A stretch of 64,000 nucleotides of DNA, from positions 40,973-104,972 of the forward strand of contig JAWCLG010000003.1 in NCBI GenBank assembly GCA_038851075.1. The letters are read 5' to 3'. Under the pieces are notes generated by a model. The model did not search any database and had not been told where the DNA came from. It was given only the letters and a program-made list of their open reading frames with translations. This document shows positions 33,141-43,665 of the stretch, piece after piece. This DNA comes from Candidatus Hadarchaeales archaeon (GTDB lineage: Archaea > Hadarchaeota > Hadarchaeia > Hadarchaeales > Hadarchaeaceae). The position numbers and the translations under genes were made by a program. Position 1 is the first letter of the stretch; the number at the start of each line of letters is the position of its first letter.

Positions 33141-33213
33141 TATAACTGCCGCAAAGCTCAGAAGCTCTATCAGCTGCTCACCAATGTGGATTTGGGCATC
33201 ATCTAAAAAGAGC

Positions 33214-33738
33214 CTATATCTTGACTATCTCCACGTCCATGTTATCAAGGTCGACAATCGCCACCGTTCTTTCCCCGGACAGATAACCGCAGACCTCTCC
33301 TGGATTCACGCACAATGTTTTCCCGGGTTTTACATCTACCCGGTGTGTGTGTCCTCTGACCACCAGATCGAACGAACCGGAGTTCACGCACAGGTCCACC
33401 AGCTCTTCACCGGAACCATGGAGAAGCGCAATCCTCTTGCCGTTTAACCTGAGCACTGCAAAGCTTCCAAGCGGTTTCAGTCCAAGCTCAGACATCCTTG
33501 CCTCTATCGTTTTCTTATCTCCTTCATTGTTGCCCCACACATAGTGTAGCTTCGCCTTTAGCTTTGCAAAGCATGCCACGACAAAGGGTGAAACCAGGTC
33601 GCCGGCATGCAGAACGTGGTCCACCCCACTGGAGTTGAATATCTCAACCGCACGATCAACCGCATTTACGTTGTCGTGGGTGTCCGCCATCAATCCTATC
33701 TTCACGCAAATCCCATTCGAATAATTTTCTTTTCCCAT
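33214..33738 (-). CDS. Metallophosphoesterase (MJ0936/YfcE family)
   Basis: DTH, HAGD, GNNE, HG, GHTH, NPG. Confidence 0.92.
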   Translation of the reverse strand: MGKENYSNGICVKIGLMADTHDNVNAVDRAVEIFNSSGVDHVLHAGDLVSPFVVACFAKLKAKLHYVWGNNEGDKKTIEARMSELGLKPLGSFAVLRLNGKRIALLHGSGEELVDLCVNSGSFDLVVRGHTHRVDVKPGKTLCVNPGEVCGYLSGERTVAIVDLDNMDVEIVKI

Positions 33739-34896
33739 TTATATTGTTTTAACACATTCAAGAACTATTTTACCTGCGAGCTCCAAGGCATCTGCTGAGA
33801 TCTTATCCGGCAGGTCTGTTTCCGTATGGATATAAGGATGAACCCATCCGATTGAGTTCGGCCTTCCTATGATTTTACCGATAAACCTGCCCAACCTGTC
33901 ACCCTTCTGCGGTACTCTTGTGAGGGTTGTGGATCTTACTCCATTTTTGAGCAGCGGAATGTGATCGTGGTTCGAAAACGCTGCCCAGATATAGGCCGGT
34001 GACTGTCCGTTCCTTCTTACGATTTCCTCGAGCAACACGTTGATCTTCTGATCGGTTTTAACCTGGCGGAAAACACCATTGCCCTCCACTACGGCGAATC
34101 TATCACCCGTACCAAGAGTATCGAGGTTCAGGACAACGTCTCCGTTCTGAATATGTCTCCTTTGGATACTTTTAGATCCCACCAGCCCCTGCTCCTCCGC
34201 TCCAAAGGCCACGAATCCCACCTCCCTATCCAGATTTTCCTCTCCAGAAAGTGCGCGCGCGCATTCAAGCATGACCGCCACACCGGAGGCGTTATCGTTT
34301 GCACCAGGAGCCCCTCTACCACTGATTCCGATAAGAGGGACTAAGAGTGAGAAGAGGACCACCGGTGCCAGCACGACCCATACTATCCACGGTATGTCGA
34401 GTGGGGAGAGAAGCCTGAGGATCAGAAGCGCTGAAATAAGGGCGAGCAGCGGAACAAACGTAAATTTACGGAAGAGAAGCAACTTCCTGTTTCTAATGCA
34501 CGGAGCGGTATCATAATGAGCTGAAATTATCACTCTCTTTTTTGGCTCTGGTACTTTTTTGAAGGCGATTATATTCGCGCTCTCCGCGGCCGGAAGAACA
34601 CTTTTCAGTGAAAAAACTGTTACTAGTGAAGCAATCCAGATCAACAGACCGATGAGCGGTTGAAGAAGTAACGCAAAGATAAATGATGCCGACAGAATCA
34701 ATCCGGATGCACTCAGTGTGCTGACACGCCCCGTGAATTCAAACCACTGCACATCGACCTGCAACCCGCACTCCCTGAACTTCCTTACTATGTACTCCAC
34801 TGCCAGTCTCTCCCCGCGCGTACCAGATACCCTTGGCCCTATCTCATAGGCCAGCTTGTCTATATGCTCGAACGCGTTCTTTACCTCAAACTCCAT
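33739..34896 (-). CDS. Membrane-embedded M28 family peptidase
   Basis: AHYD, GANDNASG, AEEQGLVGS, NLD, NHDH; four TM segments. Confidence 0.88.
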   Translation of the reverse strand: MEFEVKNAFEHIDKLAYEIGPRVSGTRGERLAVEYIVRKFRECGLQVDVQWFEFTGRVSTLSASGLILSASFIFALLLQPLIGLLIWIASLVTVFSLKSVLPAAESANIIAFKKVPEPKKRVIISAHYDTAPCIRNRKLLLFRKFTFVPLLALISALLILRLLSPLDIPWIVWVVLAPVVLFSLLVPLIGISGRGAPGANDNASGVAVMLECARALSGEENLDREVGFVAFGAEEQGLVGSKSIQRRHIQNGDVVLNLDTLGTGDRFAVVEGNGVFRQVKTDQKINVLLEEIVRRNGQSPAYIWAAFSNHDHIPLLKNGVRSTTLTRVPQKGDRLGRFIGKIIGRPNSIGWVHPYIHTETDLPDKISADALELAGKIVLECVKTI

Positions 34897-34948
34897 GAAG
34901 ATCGCTCCTTTCCTGAAAGTTAATAGTATGAACTCCTAATTTTCAATT

Positions 34949-35050
34949 GCGGGGGTAGCCAAGCCAGGTCAACGGCGCCAGTCCCTATGGGCGAAACTCA
35001 AGATCTGGTCTCCTAGGAGTTCGGGGGTTCGAATCCCCTCCCCCGCACCA
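34949..35050 (+). tRNA. tRNA-Leu(CAA) with 14-nt intron at 30/31 (34982-34995)
   Basis: GCGGGGG/CCCCCGC-A-CCA, long variable arm; removing TCCCTATGGGCGAA gives CCAGA-CT CAA GA-TCTGG. Confidence 0.92.
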
Positions 35051-35091
35051 TTGGTTCATGGAAAAATCCGTAAATCTTGGGCATCCAAAAC

Positions 35092-37410
35092 TTAAATCGT
35101 CCACCTGACGTTGTCCACGTAGAAGGTCACTGAAGGCTTGACCACGGTTATGAGGAAAGGTCCAAATACCCTCGATAAATCCGCTGATCCAAATGTGGAA
35201 CTCGGGATAACTATCTCCTGCCACGTGTTCGTATTGTCCCATCCTTGATAACTCAGATAAGTCGTATATTTCCTGCCCCCAACATTTCCTATCGTCTGTA
35301 TCTCTATCTTCAGGTCCTCCGGTGTCTTTACCCAGAACTTTAGATAGTTATAATCGGAGAAATCAACCGTGTAATCGGTGTTGTCACTGCGATAAAAGAC
35401 TCCCCACCCTGCGTAGTTCACGTGTCGATTACCGTCCCAGTTAGCACCGCTGGCCGTCTTGAAGCATTTTGTGCCCTCCGGAGGGGTCTCGCCCGCATAA
35501 CTGTTGTCAAAAGACCCGGCAGGCCCACCCCAGTCAGCACCGCTCCAGACCCAGATAACCGAGCCGCTCGGGCAGACGATGGAATCGCTGTAAATTATCA
35601 TGTCCTGAAAGATTCCTATTTTAAGCTTGAACTGAGCCGCGGCCGTCTTTCCATCAGATCCGGTCCCCACGATGTTTATGTAATGCGTTCCGAATTCGGC
35701 CCCTGGACCAGCGGTAATCGTGACACTCGTGGTAAACGGAGGCACGCCGAGACCGTTTTCAAATTCCACCGTCACACCTGAGGGAACATTTTCGGCTGAC
35801 AGCGAAACTGTATTACTATAGCCACCGCTCGAGAACAATCTAAGTGTTAATCTGATGGTGCCTTCACCAGAGATGCTTCCGGAGCTCGGACTCGCCGACA
35901 TGCTGAACTCAGATACCGCGCTGGCCGACCACGAATTCTTGAGAACATAATACGCCTCTCTGGGTGTCTTTTCGTAGGTTCCGGTAGAGGTGCTAGTTAT
36001 GCCCCACCACTCCTCGTTCATGTTATTTCTGCCGGCAACATGATCGTAGTAAGCCGCATTTGCCCATTGCCCGGTCTTGTCATGAACTCCGGAATTTCCT
36101 CCCTTCCACCACTCGTCGCACCACTCGAAAACCGTGCCACCCCAGCATATTCCTCCCCCGGTGTGCAGCTCCGCCTCGATATCATTCCACATTGATATTA
36201 TGTAACTGGCCTGAGAACTCTGATCCTCTTCCATATTTCGAATATCAAGCGCATCGCATCCCCACTCCGTCATTATAATCGGTTTGTTTGTTCTGGTTCT
36301 GTATTCCAAAAACAGTCCACCGAATGAAGAGCCTCTGTAGGAGTTAATCCCCCAGGCATCGAGCGCTGACAGGGTGGCATCATCGGAACCTATCTCCGCG
36401 TTTCCAATATCGCCCATCCGATCGCCTTCTATTATTATAAACGGGTGATTCGGGTCAATTGCCTTGGTGGCCAGCGCGGTCTCTCTGACCAAGGTGAACC
36501 ATCCGCTCTTGTAAGGGGTGTTCATTGCAACCTCGTTACCGAAAGCCCACATGAGGACTGCAGGGTGATCCTTCCATTTGCTAACCATCGTTGTAAAAAC
36601 CGTTTTAGCTGAATCCCTGCTTGACTGGTTTGAAAAGTTTATATTGTGATCGACCCAGTAGCCCATTATAACCTTCAGACCATTTCTGTAGGCCGCGTCC
36701 AGAGCCTCCTTGGTTGCATTTCTTGCGTCATAGGTCCTTATCGTGTTAGCACCCATCTCCCTTATCATGGGGAAATCTGACTCGTAAATCGCGGAGTTAC
36801 TCCACCAGTTGTATCCTGCGCCCTGCCCGACAGGTGTGGGGGAGTAGCAGACGCCTTTAATCACAAATGGTTCTCCGTCCACAAGAATCTGGTAGCCGTT
36901 GATAGTCACCTCAGAACGCGGCATGTTCTCGACAAGCGTCACATCATAAAAAGATTCCAGAACATCTCCGGTAAGCGAATAAACTATATCGACTCTCACC
37001 ACAGTTCCGTTCTCGAACTGGGTCTGACGTCTAGCCGTCAACTTGGAGCCAGAGGTGAAAACGCCTGATCCTTCAGATACTGTGAGCTCATCTCCAGAGA
37101 TACCAAAAGCGTTTCCAGAATTGTCGGTCAGCATTATCCTCAGTGAACTTAGATTTACATTATCCCCTCCGGCGTGGAATATTTCAAGTACCACCTCCCC
37201 GGCAACTATAGCCGCACTTTCAAGCTCGATTTCCAGAGAAGGTGCTGAAACTGTAGTCACGTCTCTTCCCCGGTACGTGACCAAAAAAATGGCACCGATT
37301 ACAACCGCTATGAGAACGGACCCAGCTGCAGCGGACTTCACTTTACCAGAAGGTCCGCCCTTTTTCAGTATAACGGTCTTACTTTGCTTTTTTCCAGCCA
37401 AAGCAACCAT
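35092..37410 (-). CDS. Membrane-anchored clan GH-A (GH2-like TIM barrel) glycoside hydrolase with an N-terminal archaeal pilin-like domain and a C-terminal CBM-like domain
   Basis: KGVCYSP, MGANTIRTY, HPAVLMWAFGNE (acid/base), MTEWG (nucleophile); IFHAGGDNV motif. Confidence 0.82.
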   Translation of the reverse strand: MVALAGKKQSKTVILKKGGPSGKVKSAAAGSVLIAVVIGAIFLVTYRGRDVTTVSAPSLEIELESAAIVAGEVVLEIFHAGGDNVNLSSLRIMLTDNSGNAFGISGDELTVSEGSGVFTSGSKLTARRQTQFENGTVVRVDIVYSLTGDVLESFYDVTLVENMPRSEVTINGYQILVDGEPFVIKGVCYSPTPVGQGAGYNWWSNSAIYESDFPMIREMGANTIRTYDARNATKEALDAAYRNGLKVIMGYWVDHNINFSNQSSRDSAKTVFTTMVSKWKDHPAVLMWAFGNEVAMNTPYKSGWFTLVRETALATKAIDPNHPFIIIEGDRMGDIGNAEIGSDDATLSALDAWGINSYRGSSFGGLFLEYRTRTNKPIIMTEWGCDALDIRNMEEDQSSQASYIISMWNDIEAELHTGGGICWGGTVFEWCDEWWKGGNSGVHDKTGQWANAAYYDHVAGRNNMNEEWWGITSTSTGTYEKTPREAYYVLKNSWSASAVSEFSMSASPSSGSISGEGTIRLTLRLFSSGGYSNTVSLSAENVPSGVTVEFENGLGVPPFTTSVTITAGPGAEFGTHYINIVGTGSDGKTAAAQFKLKIGIFQDMIIYSDSIVCPSGSVIWVWSGADWGGPAGSFDNSYAGETPPEGTKCFKTASGANWDGNRHVNYAGWGVFYRSDNTDYTVDFSDYNYLKFWVKTPEDLKIEIQTIGNVGGRKYTTYLSYQGWDNTNTWQEIVIPSSTFGSADLSRVFGPFLITVVKPSVTFYVDNVRWTI

Positions 37411-37464
37411 CTCCTAACTACCGCCGTGAACGCATTTATTGTTTTCCAATCTTAATGTACACTT

Positions 37465-39066
37465 TCATCTTCTGGTTTTGGCCCCAGGCCTGGCTCTACT
37501 GGCAGTTGATTTGAACAGTATCTTCTGCAGAACCCCTAAATACCACAGCAGCGCAAGAGCTGCAACTATCCCAACCGCCACCAGAACCGGCACGATGGGT
37601 GAAGGCCCACCTCTCAGCGAACCGGAAGTGGACAGCTCCTCAGACACAATAACGTTAACTCCGTCTGAAGCCTCGAAATGATAGGAGTACGCACCAGGAG
37701 GAAGATCCACAGAAACCGCGTAGGTTTTTCCATCTGCATATCTTGTATCTGACGGATTTTCCTCTGTCATATCGTAAGTAGAGCCATTCACTTGAACCCT
37801 TATGTACTCCGGCGCATCGTCATCAAGATCTGAATATGTGACGAGAAAAGTAAACGTGAGAGGGCCGCCCCTGTTATCCACTATCGCTCTGCCGTACCGG
37901 AGAACAGGACTGCTCGAAATTCCTCCCCACCTATCGCGGAGTTCACTGTACACCTTTCTCGGAACTATCACATCTGGACCCGAGCCGTTGTCCAATATCT
38001 TCATTATCCCCCACCACTCCTCGTTTAGAAATCCATCTGGACTGGACGGGAAATCGTAACCTCCAGTATCGTGACTTGAAGAATTCCCGCACTTGTACCA
38101 CTCGTCGGAATATGACATGAGCGATCCTCCGAACGTAATGCCTCTGTTATAATAATCCTGAATGCTGTCCCAGAGCGATGCATCGTAAAATGCCTGCGTA
38201 TCCTCGTCCTCCTGACCGCTGATCTCGTCCCAGGCATCGATTCCGTACTCGGAGACCCATACTGGCTTTGAGCTCTTTGACTGATATGCGCTGAAGACTC
38301 CTACGAAATCTGTGCCTCCCTGATAAACCGCAATGCCCCACGCGTCAAGGTAATCCATAGAAGCGTCATCGGAGCCAAGGGATGAATCACCTATCGTTGC
38401 CAGTTCCCCGTTCGATGTCGTGACCGGGTGATAATTGCTTCCCTCAACCTCATATGCGGCTCTTGCCATCTCATTGAGCAGCGAATACCATGCCCTGAGG
38501 TTATCGTTGCCGTTCACCTGGAGATTTACCTCGTTGCCGATCGCCCACATCAGTACCGCAGGGTGATCCTTATATCTGGACACGTAATCCCTGAACTCGC
38601 TTATGTAGTGTTCTCTGACGGTTGACGAGGATAAATCCAGGCTGGGGTTTATGGTGAATCCCATTATAACGTATATCGGGTGGTCTCCTTCATTATACGC
38701 CGCGTCCAGAAATTCTCTGCTGGTAACGTTGGTCCAAGTGCGAATTGTGTTGCACCCCATTACCCGAAGTGCCAGAAAATCCCTGTTGTAAATCTCAGGT
38801 TTGCCGTAAAAATCGAACGCCCATCCAGAACCTATCGGGATAGGGGAGTATCCAACTCCCTTCATGATAAAAGACTGCCCGTTCACCAGAAGCTGGTTCC
38901 CTGAGAACCTGACTGGACCGGTGCTCTGCGGCTTTGCTAAACCGTTAAGCGTCGGTGTCGAGGTGCCCACCTGTAGACCACATGCTAACTCAACACCGAA
39001 TACGATAGCGAGGAAAATCCCCAATACTGCACCCAGAACTGCGATTTTTGACTTCATCGCAACCAT
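37465..39066 (-). CDS. Secreted GH2-like TIM-barrel glycoside hydrolase with C-terminal TM anchor (paralog of 35092-37410)
   Basis: KGVGYSP, MGCNTIRTW, HPAVLMWAIGNE, VSEYG, NEEWWGI. Confidence 0.85.
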   Translation of the reverse strand: MVAMKSKIAVLGAVLGIFLAIVFGVELACGLQVGTSTPTLNGLAKPQSTGPVRFSGNQLLVNGQSFIMKGVGYSPIPIGSGWAFDFYGKPEIYNRDFLALRVMGCNTIRTWTNVTSREFLDAAYNEGDHPIYVIMGFTINPSLDLSSSTVREHYISEFRDYVSRYKDHPAVLMWAIGNEVNLQVNGNDNLRAWYSLLNEMARAAYEVEGSNYHPVTTSNGELATIGDSSLGSDDASMDYLDAWGIAVYQGGTDFVGVFSAYQSKSSKPVWVSEYGIDAWDEISGQEDEDTQAFYDASLWDSIQDYYNRGITFGGSLMSYSDEWYKCGNSSSHDTGGYDFPSSPDGFLNEEWWGIMKILDNGSGPDVIVPRKVYSELRDRWGGISSSPVLRYGRAIVDNRGGPLTFTFLVTYSDLDDDAPEYIRVQVNGSTYDMTEENPSDTRYADGKTYAVSVDLPPGAYSYHFEASDGVNVIVSEELSTSGSLRGGPSPIVPVLVAVGIVAALALLWYLGVLQKILFKSTASRARPGAKTRR

Positions 39067-39087
39067 CCGGGAGAATGAAATAAACTA

Positions 39088-40017
39088 CTAGCTCTTAACC
39101 CAATTAACCCAGTCAACATACCATTCAACATTAGGATTGCTGCCAGCCGTCGATATCATGAATGGACACCATATATACTGAAAGTCAACGTTCCTGAAGG
39201 CGCTCTTCGGGATAGTTATCTTCTCCCAGCCCCCGGTATTGGCCCATCCATAGTTACCAATCCATACTTGGTTTGACTTTATACCTTTGTTGTCAGTAGT
39301 CAAATTCCAGCTCTGGAGCTCAACATGCAGATTCACGGGACTCTTTACATAGAACTCTAAGGTGTCAACACCAGACAAGTCTATATAATGGGTTGCTGAG
39401 GGATCAATACCTCCTGGCATGCTGGAATTTGCCCCGACAAACACTCCCCATCCCGCGTACGCATTAGACTCCGGACCGTTTCGGGTGTACCAACAGGAAA
39501 CTCCCTCAGGTATCCCGGAAACACCGGTATACTGCCCTTCAACATAAGGAGCGGTTAGACCGTACTCTCCCTCCTGTGGCCAAACAAATGCATCCACCTG
39601 AAGACCCAACTCCGGCAAAAGCCCGGCATCATTGAAAACCGCTATGTACTCCCCAGCCGTACCGCCACCAACGGTTATGCTCCTTGAATAGGTATCACTC
39701 TGACCACCGCTAGATGTAACCGTCAATGTAACGGTATAGGTACCGGCAGAGAACTGGTGTGTTGGATTTCGGTCCGTGCTCGTGTTTCCGTCTCCAAAGT
39801 CCCATGACCATGAAACAATATCTCCGGTGGAAGTATCCGTGAACGCGACATTCTGTCCAGCCTGCGGGTTAGAAGGGCTGTATGTGAAACTTGCATTCAG
39901 TCCACTTGGAGTACTTCCACCACCAGATGACAGAATCAAAGCAGCTGCGATAACTACAATTATAATTACCACGAGAATGATCACGACCGGAAGATTTAGC
40001 TTCCTTCCCCCACCCAT
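39088..40017 (-). CDS. Membrane-anchored PKD plus CBM-like protein
   Basis: N-terminal TM; WSWDFGDG PKD motif; Trp-rich beta-sandwich. Confidence 0.8.
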   Translation of the reverse strand: MGGGRKLNLPVVIILVVIIIVVIAAALILSSGGGSTPSGLNASFTYSPSNPQAGQNVAFTDTSTGDIVSWSWDFGDGNTSTDRNPTHQFSAGTYTVTLTVTSSGGQSDTYSRSITVGGGTAGEYIAVFNDAGLLPELGLQVDAFVWPQEGEYGLTAPYVEGQYTGVSGIPEGVSCWYTRNGPESNAYAGWGVFVGANSSMPGGIDPSATHYIDLSGVDTLEFYVKSPVNLHVELQSWNLTTDNKGIKSNQVWIGNYGWANTGGWEKITIPKSAFRNVDFQYIWCPFMISTAGSNPNVEWYVDWVNWVKS

Positions 40018-40155
40018 CTCATCAGAGATAGTCCCACCTGTCTAATAGTAGGAAAACCGGTATTTAAAAGCCTTTTGTCAATTTTTGGTCTGATTTTGAA
40101 AAATTGCAAAACAGGATATGCGTCTCATACCTCAGATTTGAAACATCAGTGCCAC

Positions 40156-41313
40156 TTACGGCTCATAAAAAATGTCGTCCAGATAAATCGTGGCTCCACC
40201 AGGATTGCTGGTGCTATTTGTAACCCAGCAGAACCCTCCGATAACGTTGCTAAGATCCTTCCCGCTGAGATTTATTGTGTACTGTCTCCAGTTATCAGAA
40301 AGCACTATCACGCCGGTTGAGACTGCAGGATAAATTGAATCACTATATTCTTTTCCAGTTTCGCGTATTCCTCCGACCTTAAACTCCGCCTTCTCACCGC
40401 CGTTCTTCCCTCTTGCCCAGAATGTCAGCTTTGTCGTTCCAGTAAGATCCTGACCGGCATAGTCTCCCCAGTTTCCTTCGGGATATTGCCAGTATATGCC
40501 AGACCATACTGAAGTTCCAGACGGGGTATATACTATCTTTATGCAGGTGTCGCCAGAGTGGGGATTATCTGTGGAAGAGGGGTCGTACTGTATATCCCCG
40601 ATGACACCCATCCACCCAGAGGGTATGAACATGTCCTCCACAGAGTAAGTGGGTAACGAACTTATGGTGATCCTTTTGATTGCATTATCCATCAATCCGG
40701 AATTATCTATCACAGTGAGAACCACGCTGTAACTTCCAGGAGCACTGTAGGTGTGAGTGACCTCTCTGCCGGACCCGGTTGTACCATCTCCGAAATTCCA
40801 GCTGTAGCCAACGATAGATCCGTCCTCGTCATTGGAATTCTCTCCGCTGAAGAACACCTCCTCCCCCACCATTGCTGTGGAAGGTCCTGAAATTCTGGCC
40901 TCCGGTGGCTTTTCACTCGTACTTACGGTTATTCTGAAGGAAGATGTGACCTGACCACCTTTTCCATCCCTGACGGTAACCGTGATGTTGTATACTCCTG
41001 CTGACGGGGGAGTCCATACCAGTGTGTTTTCTGTATTCGAACTTATCTGCGGATCCTGCGAACAGCTCCACGTATAGGATAAGGTGTCCCCATCGAAATC
41101 TATCGCTTTCACTCCAATTGTAACTGGGGTCCCCGCCTGCGCTCTGTTATCCGGAGGAGCCTGCACCGACTGTATCTGCGGCGCTCTGTTCGTTGAAAAT
41201 GTCGGGCCAAAAAAGGCAAGAACGATTCCTATTGAAACACCAATTACGATACTCAAAACGACTAACAAAAGATAATTTCTCTGGTGTGGCATACTTTCCA
41301 TATACTCCGTCAA
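40156..41313 (-). CDS. Membrane-anchored Ig/PKD plus CBM-like protein
   Basis: TM; DGDTLSYTW and YSWNFGDG; PSGWMG...GIYWQYPEGNWG...LTFWARG domain. Confidence 0.8.
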   Translation of the reverse strand: MTEYMESMPHQRNYLLLVVLSIVIGVSIGIVLAFFGPTFSTNRAPQIQSVQAPPDNRAQAGTPVTIGVKAIDFDGDTLSYTWSCSQDPQISSNTENTLVWTPPSAGVYNITVTVRDGKGGQVTSSFRITVSTSEKPPEARISGPSTAMVGEEVFFSGENSNDEDGSIVGYSWNFGDGTTGSGREVTHTYSAPGSYSVVLTVIDNSGLMDNAIKRITISSLPTYSVEDMFIPSGWMGVIGDIQYDPSSTDNPHSGDTCIKIVYTPSGTSVWSGIYWQYPEGNWGDYAGQDLTGTTKLTFWARGKNGGEKAEFKVGGIRETGKEYSDSIYPAVSTGVIVLSDNWRQYTINLSGKDLSNVIGGFCWVTNSTSNPGGATIYLDDIFYEP

Positions 41314-41807
41314 AACTTTTCACCACAGTTAAATTACTGAACTAAGTTTAAATATATTTTCAAAGATGTATGCAAAATTTTGGTCTCATACCACTGATGG
41401 GCTCTTGTCCTCAAGCAGAGCATTACTTCTCGGGCCCCCAACCAAATGAAGAGGCTCGGCATGACCGCGGTACAGGCGCTCTTAAAAAACTAAACGGCAT
41501 CGCTAGGTGATGCTGGCCAAACTCACAGCCGCGAACTCCCGCCTAATTTTCTGCGGGACCCAAGGCGAAATTTATTTTTATGCACATTTGACTATTCTGG
41601 GGATTCAGATTAAGATAGAAGTCGCGAAAAAATCGTGGCTTACAAATGATAAGATACGGCTGAAGTTGGTGTAAGAGTTTCAAGATTGAGGTAAAACTTC
41701 AACACCCTTTTAATTTGCACACTTCGGATTTTCTATTAGAACACCAACAGCCGGACTCACATGTAAGTCAAATAAGGTAATAATAAAGAAAACAAAATAT
41801 CTGGGGT

Positions 41808-42332
41808 ATGTGGATGAAGGAACTTTTTAACTCTAAATTCGAGGAAATAAAACAGTTCCTAACCGAAACATTCAAGATCGCTGCAATTTTTTCAATCGTT
41901 TTCTTTTCAATTCATATATCCTTAATTATAGCACTCCACAACAATAACCCTGCCTTTGTTGTTACATCAAACAGCATGTTACATCAAAACGAATCCTGGA
42001 GAGATTACTACACTGCGATGGGTATAGACACTTCAAATTTCCCCATCCAAGGAGGATTCGCACGTGGCGATATTTTATTGGCCGAAGGGGTTAACCCAAA
42101 CAACATTGCGGTTGGTGACGTGATAATCTTTGAAGCCAGCGGCACCGAAATCGCGCACAGAGTTGTTGAGATAAGCTTCTCAGATAACAAACCTAAATTC
42201 AAAACAAAGGGCGATGCAAATATGTATTCTGCATGGTCTGAATCCTCAATTTTTCCAGAAAACATAAAGGGCAGAGTAGTTTTTGTACTCCCAAAGATTG
42301 GACATATCTTCCTTTGGTTAAGCGGAAAATAA
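41808..42332 (+). CDS. Signal peptidase I, Sec11/SipW type
   Basis: VTSNSM (catalytic Ser), RGD, GDVIIF, IAHRV (His), TKGDAN. Confidence 0.9.
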   Translation: MWMKELFNSKFEEIKQFLTETFKIAAIFSIVFFSIHISLIIALHNNNPAFVVTSNSMLHQNESWRDYYTAMGIDTSNFPIQGGFARGDILLAEGVNPNNIAVGDVIIFEASGTEIAHRVVEISFSDNKPKFKTKGDANMYSAWSESSIFPENIKGRVVFVLPKIGHIFLWLSGK

Positions 42333-42374
42333 ATCAGCACGACTGAATTCTTATGCGTTCGCAACTGCCCAAAC

Positions 42375-43016
42375 TTAATAGCGAGTCCACCGGATATAAT
42401 CAATGTAAAAAGTGACTGGAAAAACTGGTGTGCCTCCGTAAATCGTGCACATAAAAGGAGAAGTAACATTACTCAAATTGCTGGTGAAATCTGAAACCGG
42501 AATGGATATCTCCTGCCATTCAAAATCGCCGTTCCACCCGTAAGCACTAATCCATTTGGAACATTTCATATCGGATGCGGTTATCTCAATCCTCAGATCT
42601 TTTCGAGTCAGGACCCAGAACTTCAGATGCCCTCCAGCATAAGGTGACATGTCGCGCCCGTCCCAGAAGTAGCCCCAACCCGCTGAGTCCGAAGTTATGG
42701 TCTTAAAACATATCTGACCCTCAGGAACTCCAATTTCCCCACATTGTGAATTGAAGTAGCCTTCTCCCCACGTGTATATATGGCTGTTTGGACCCCAGCC
42801 TGCAAATCCTGCGTCGCTGTAAATCACAAACTCTTCAGGAGACGATGGTTCTGTGACATTAACTGTAAGAATTCCTCTGCCCACGATTATTGATGCAGCT
42901 GTATAACTCACTGTCAAAGACACGGCGAATACTAAAACTAGAAAAAGAAAACGGCCTAAAGACCTGAATGCCCCACGACCCCAGTCAGTTTTTTTTGCCA
43001 AACTCTTTGCCTCCAC
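42375..43016 (-). CDS. Exported CBM-like protein
   Basis: Signal/TM segment, then a domain paralogous to the C-termini of 35092 and 39088. Confidence 0.72.
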   Translation of the reverse strand: MEAKSLAKKTDWGRGAFRSLGRFLFLVLVFAVSLTVSYTAASIIVGRGILTVNVTEPSSPEEFVIYSDAGFAGWGPNSHIYTWGEGYFNSQCGEIGVPEGQICFKTITSDSAGWGYFWDGRDMSPYAGGHLKFWVLTRKDLRIEITASDMKCSKWISAYGWNGDFEWQEISIPVSDFTSNLSNVTSPFMCTIYGGTPVFPVTFYIDYIRWTRY

Positions 43017-43099
43017 TATTATATTTGCTTCCTCCTACAATAAAAAATAATTCAAAGCGGGAGATGAACTCTCCCGCCGCTTGCATTGGGCAATCCCGC

Positions 43100-43600
43100 C
43101 TATTCCTGGTTGACGTCAAAGTACAGCGTTGACTGGAAGCCCTGCCCCACAGTATTGTAGTGGCCGACCTGTACCTTGAGTATAATGTAGCTGTTTCCAC
43201 CGATGCTGAAGGTTCCATGAGACTGACCACCACTGTAGAGATCAGTTCCATCTAGTTTCCACACGTTCATCCATACTCTATCACCGCCGCCTGAGACGAA
43301 CAGATTCGACATCACTGAGCTTCCGGTGTTCCTCAATTTGACATAGCAGGTCGCACTGGTTCCCTGGGGGATCTGCACGCTTGTTATCTCCTGGGTTGCA
43401 TTCTGGTCGCTGTAGAATTTGACTTCTATAGCAGTGGGTGGCGCAACAACCGTAATGCCAAGCGTTCCTTGACCAACTACCACGGATGCGGCCACATAAC
43501 TGCCAGCTGCTGCAATTGCTATAAGGCTAACAAGAAGTGCTCCCACGATCGCCCGAGAGGTGCCCCTTGCGCTGCTTTCCAGCAACCATTCATCACTCAT
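43100..43600 (-). CDS. Exported small beta-sandwich protein (candidate fibre subunit)
   Basis: GGAGGT RBS; signal peptide; shares SYxAASxxVGxGxL motif with 42375. Confidence 0.7.
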   Translation of the reverse strand: MSDEWLLESSARGTSRAIVGALLVSLIAIAAAGSYVAASVVVGQGTLGITVVAPPTAIEVKFYSDQNATQEITSVQIPQGTSATCYVKLRNTGSSVMSNLFVSGGGDRVWMNVWKLDGTDLYSGGQSHGTFSIGGNSYIILKVQVGHYNTVGQGFQSTLYFDVNQE

Positions 43601-43665
43601 TTTCTTTTACCTCCTTTTTTATTTTTTCGATTAAGTCTATGATAAAAACATTTAATATGAGTTTA

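Noticed and set aside
41314-41807. Hidden gene or ncRNA in the long intergenic gap (likewise 46250-46515 and 47420-47700)
   Set aside because: No convincing ORF, C/D box pair or stable fold recognised by eye; decayed remnants cannot be excluded
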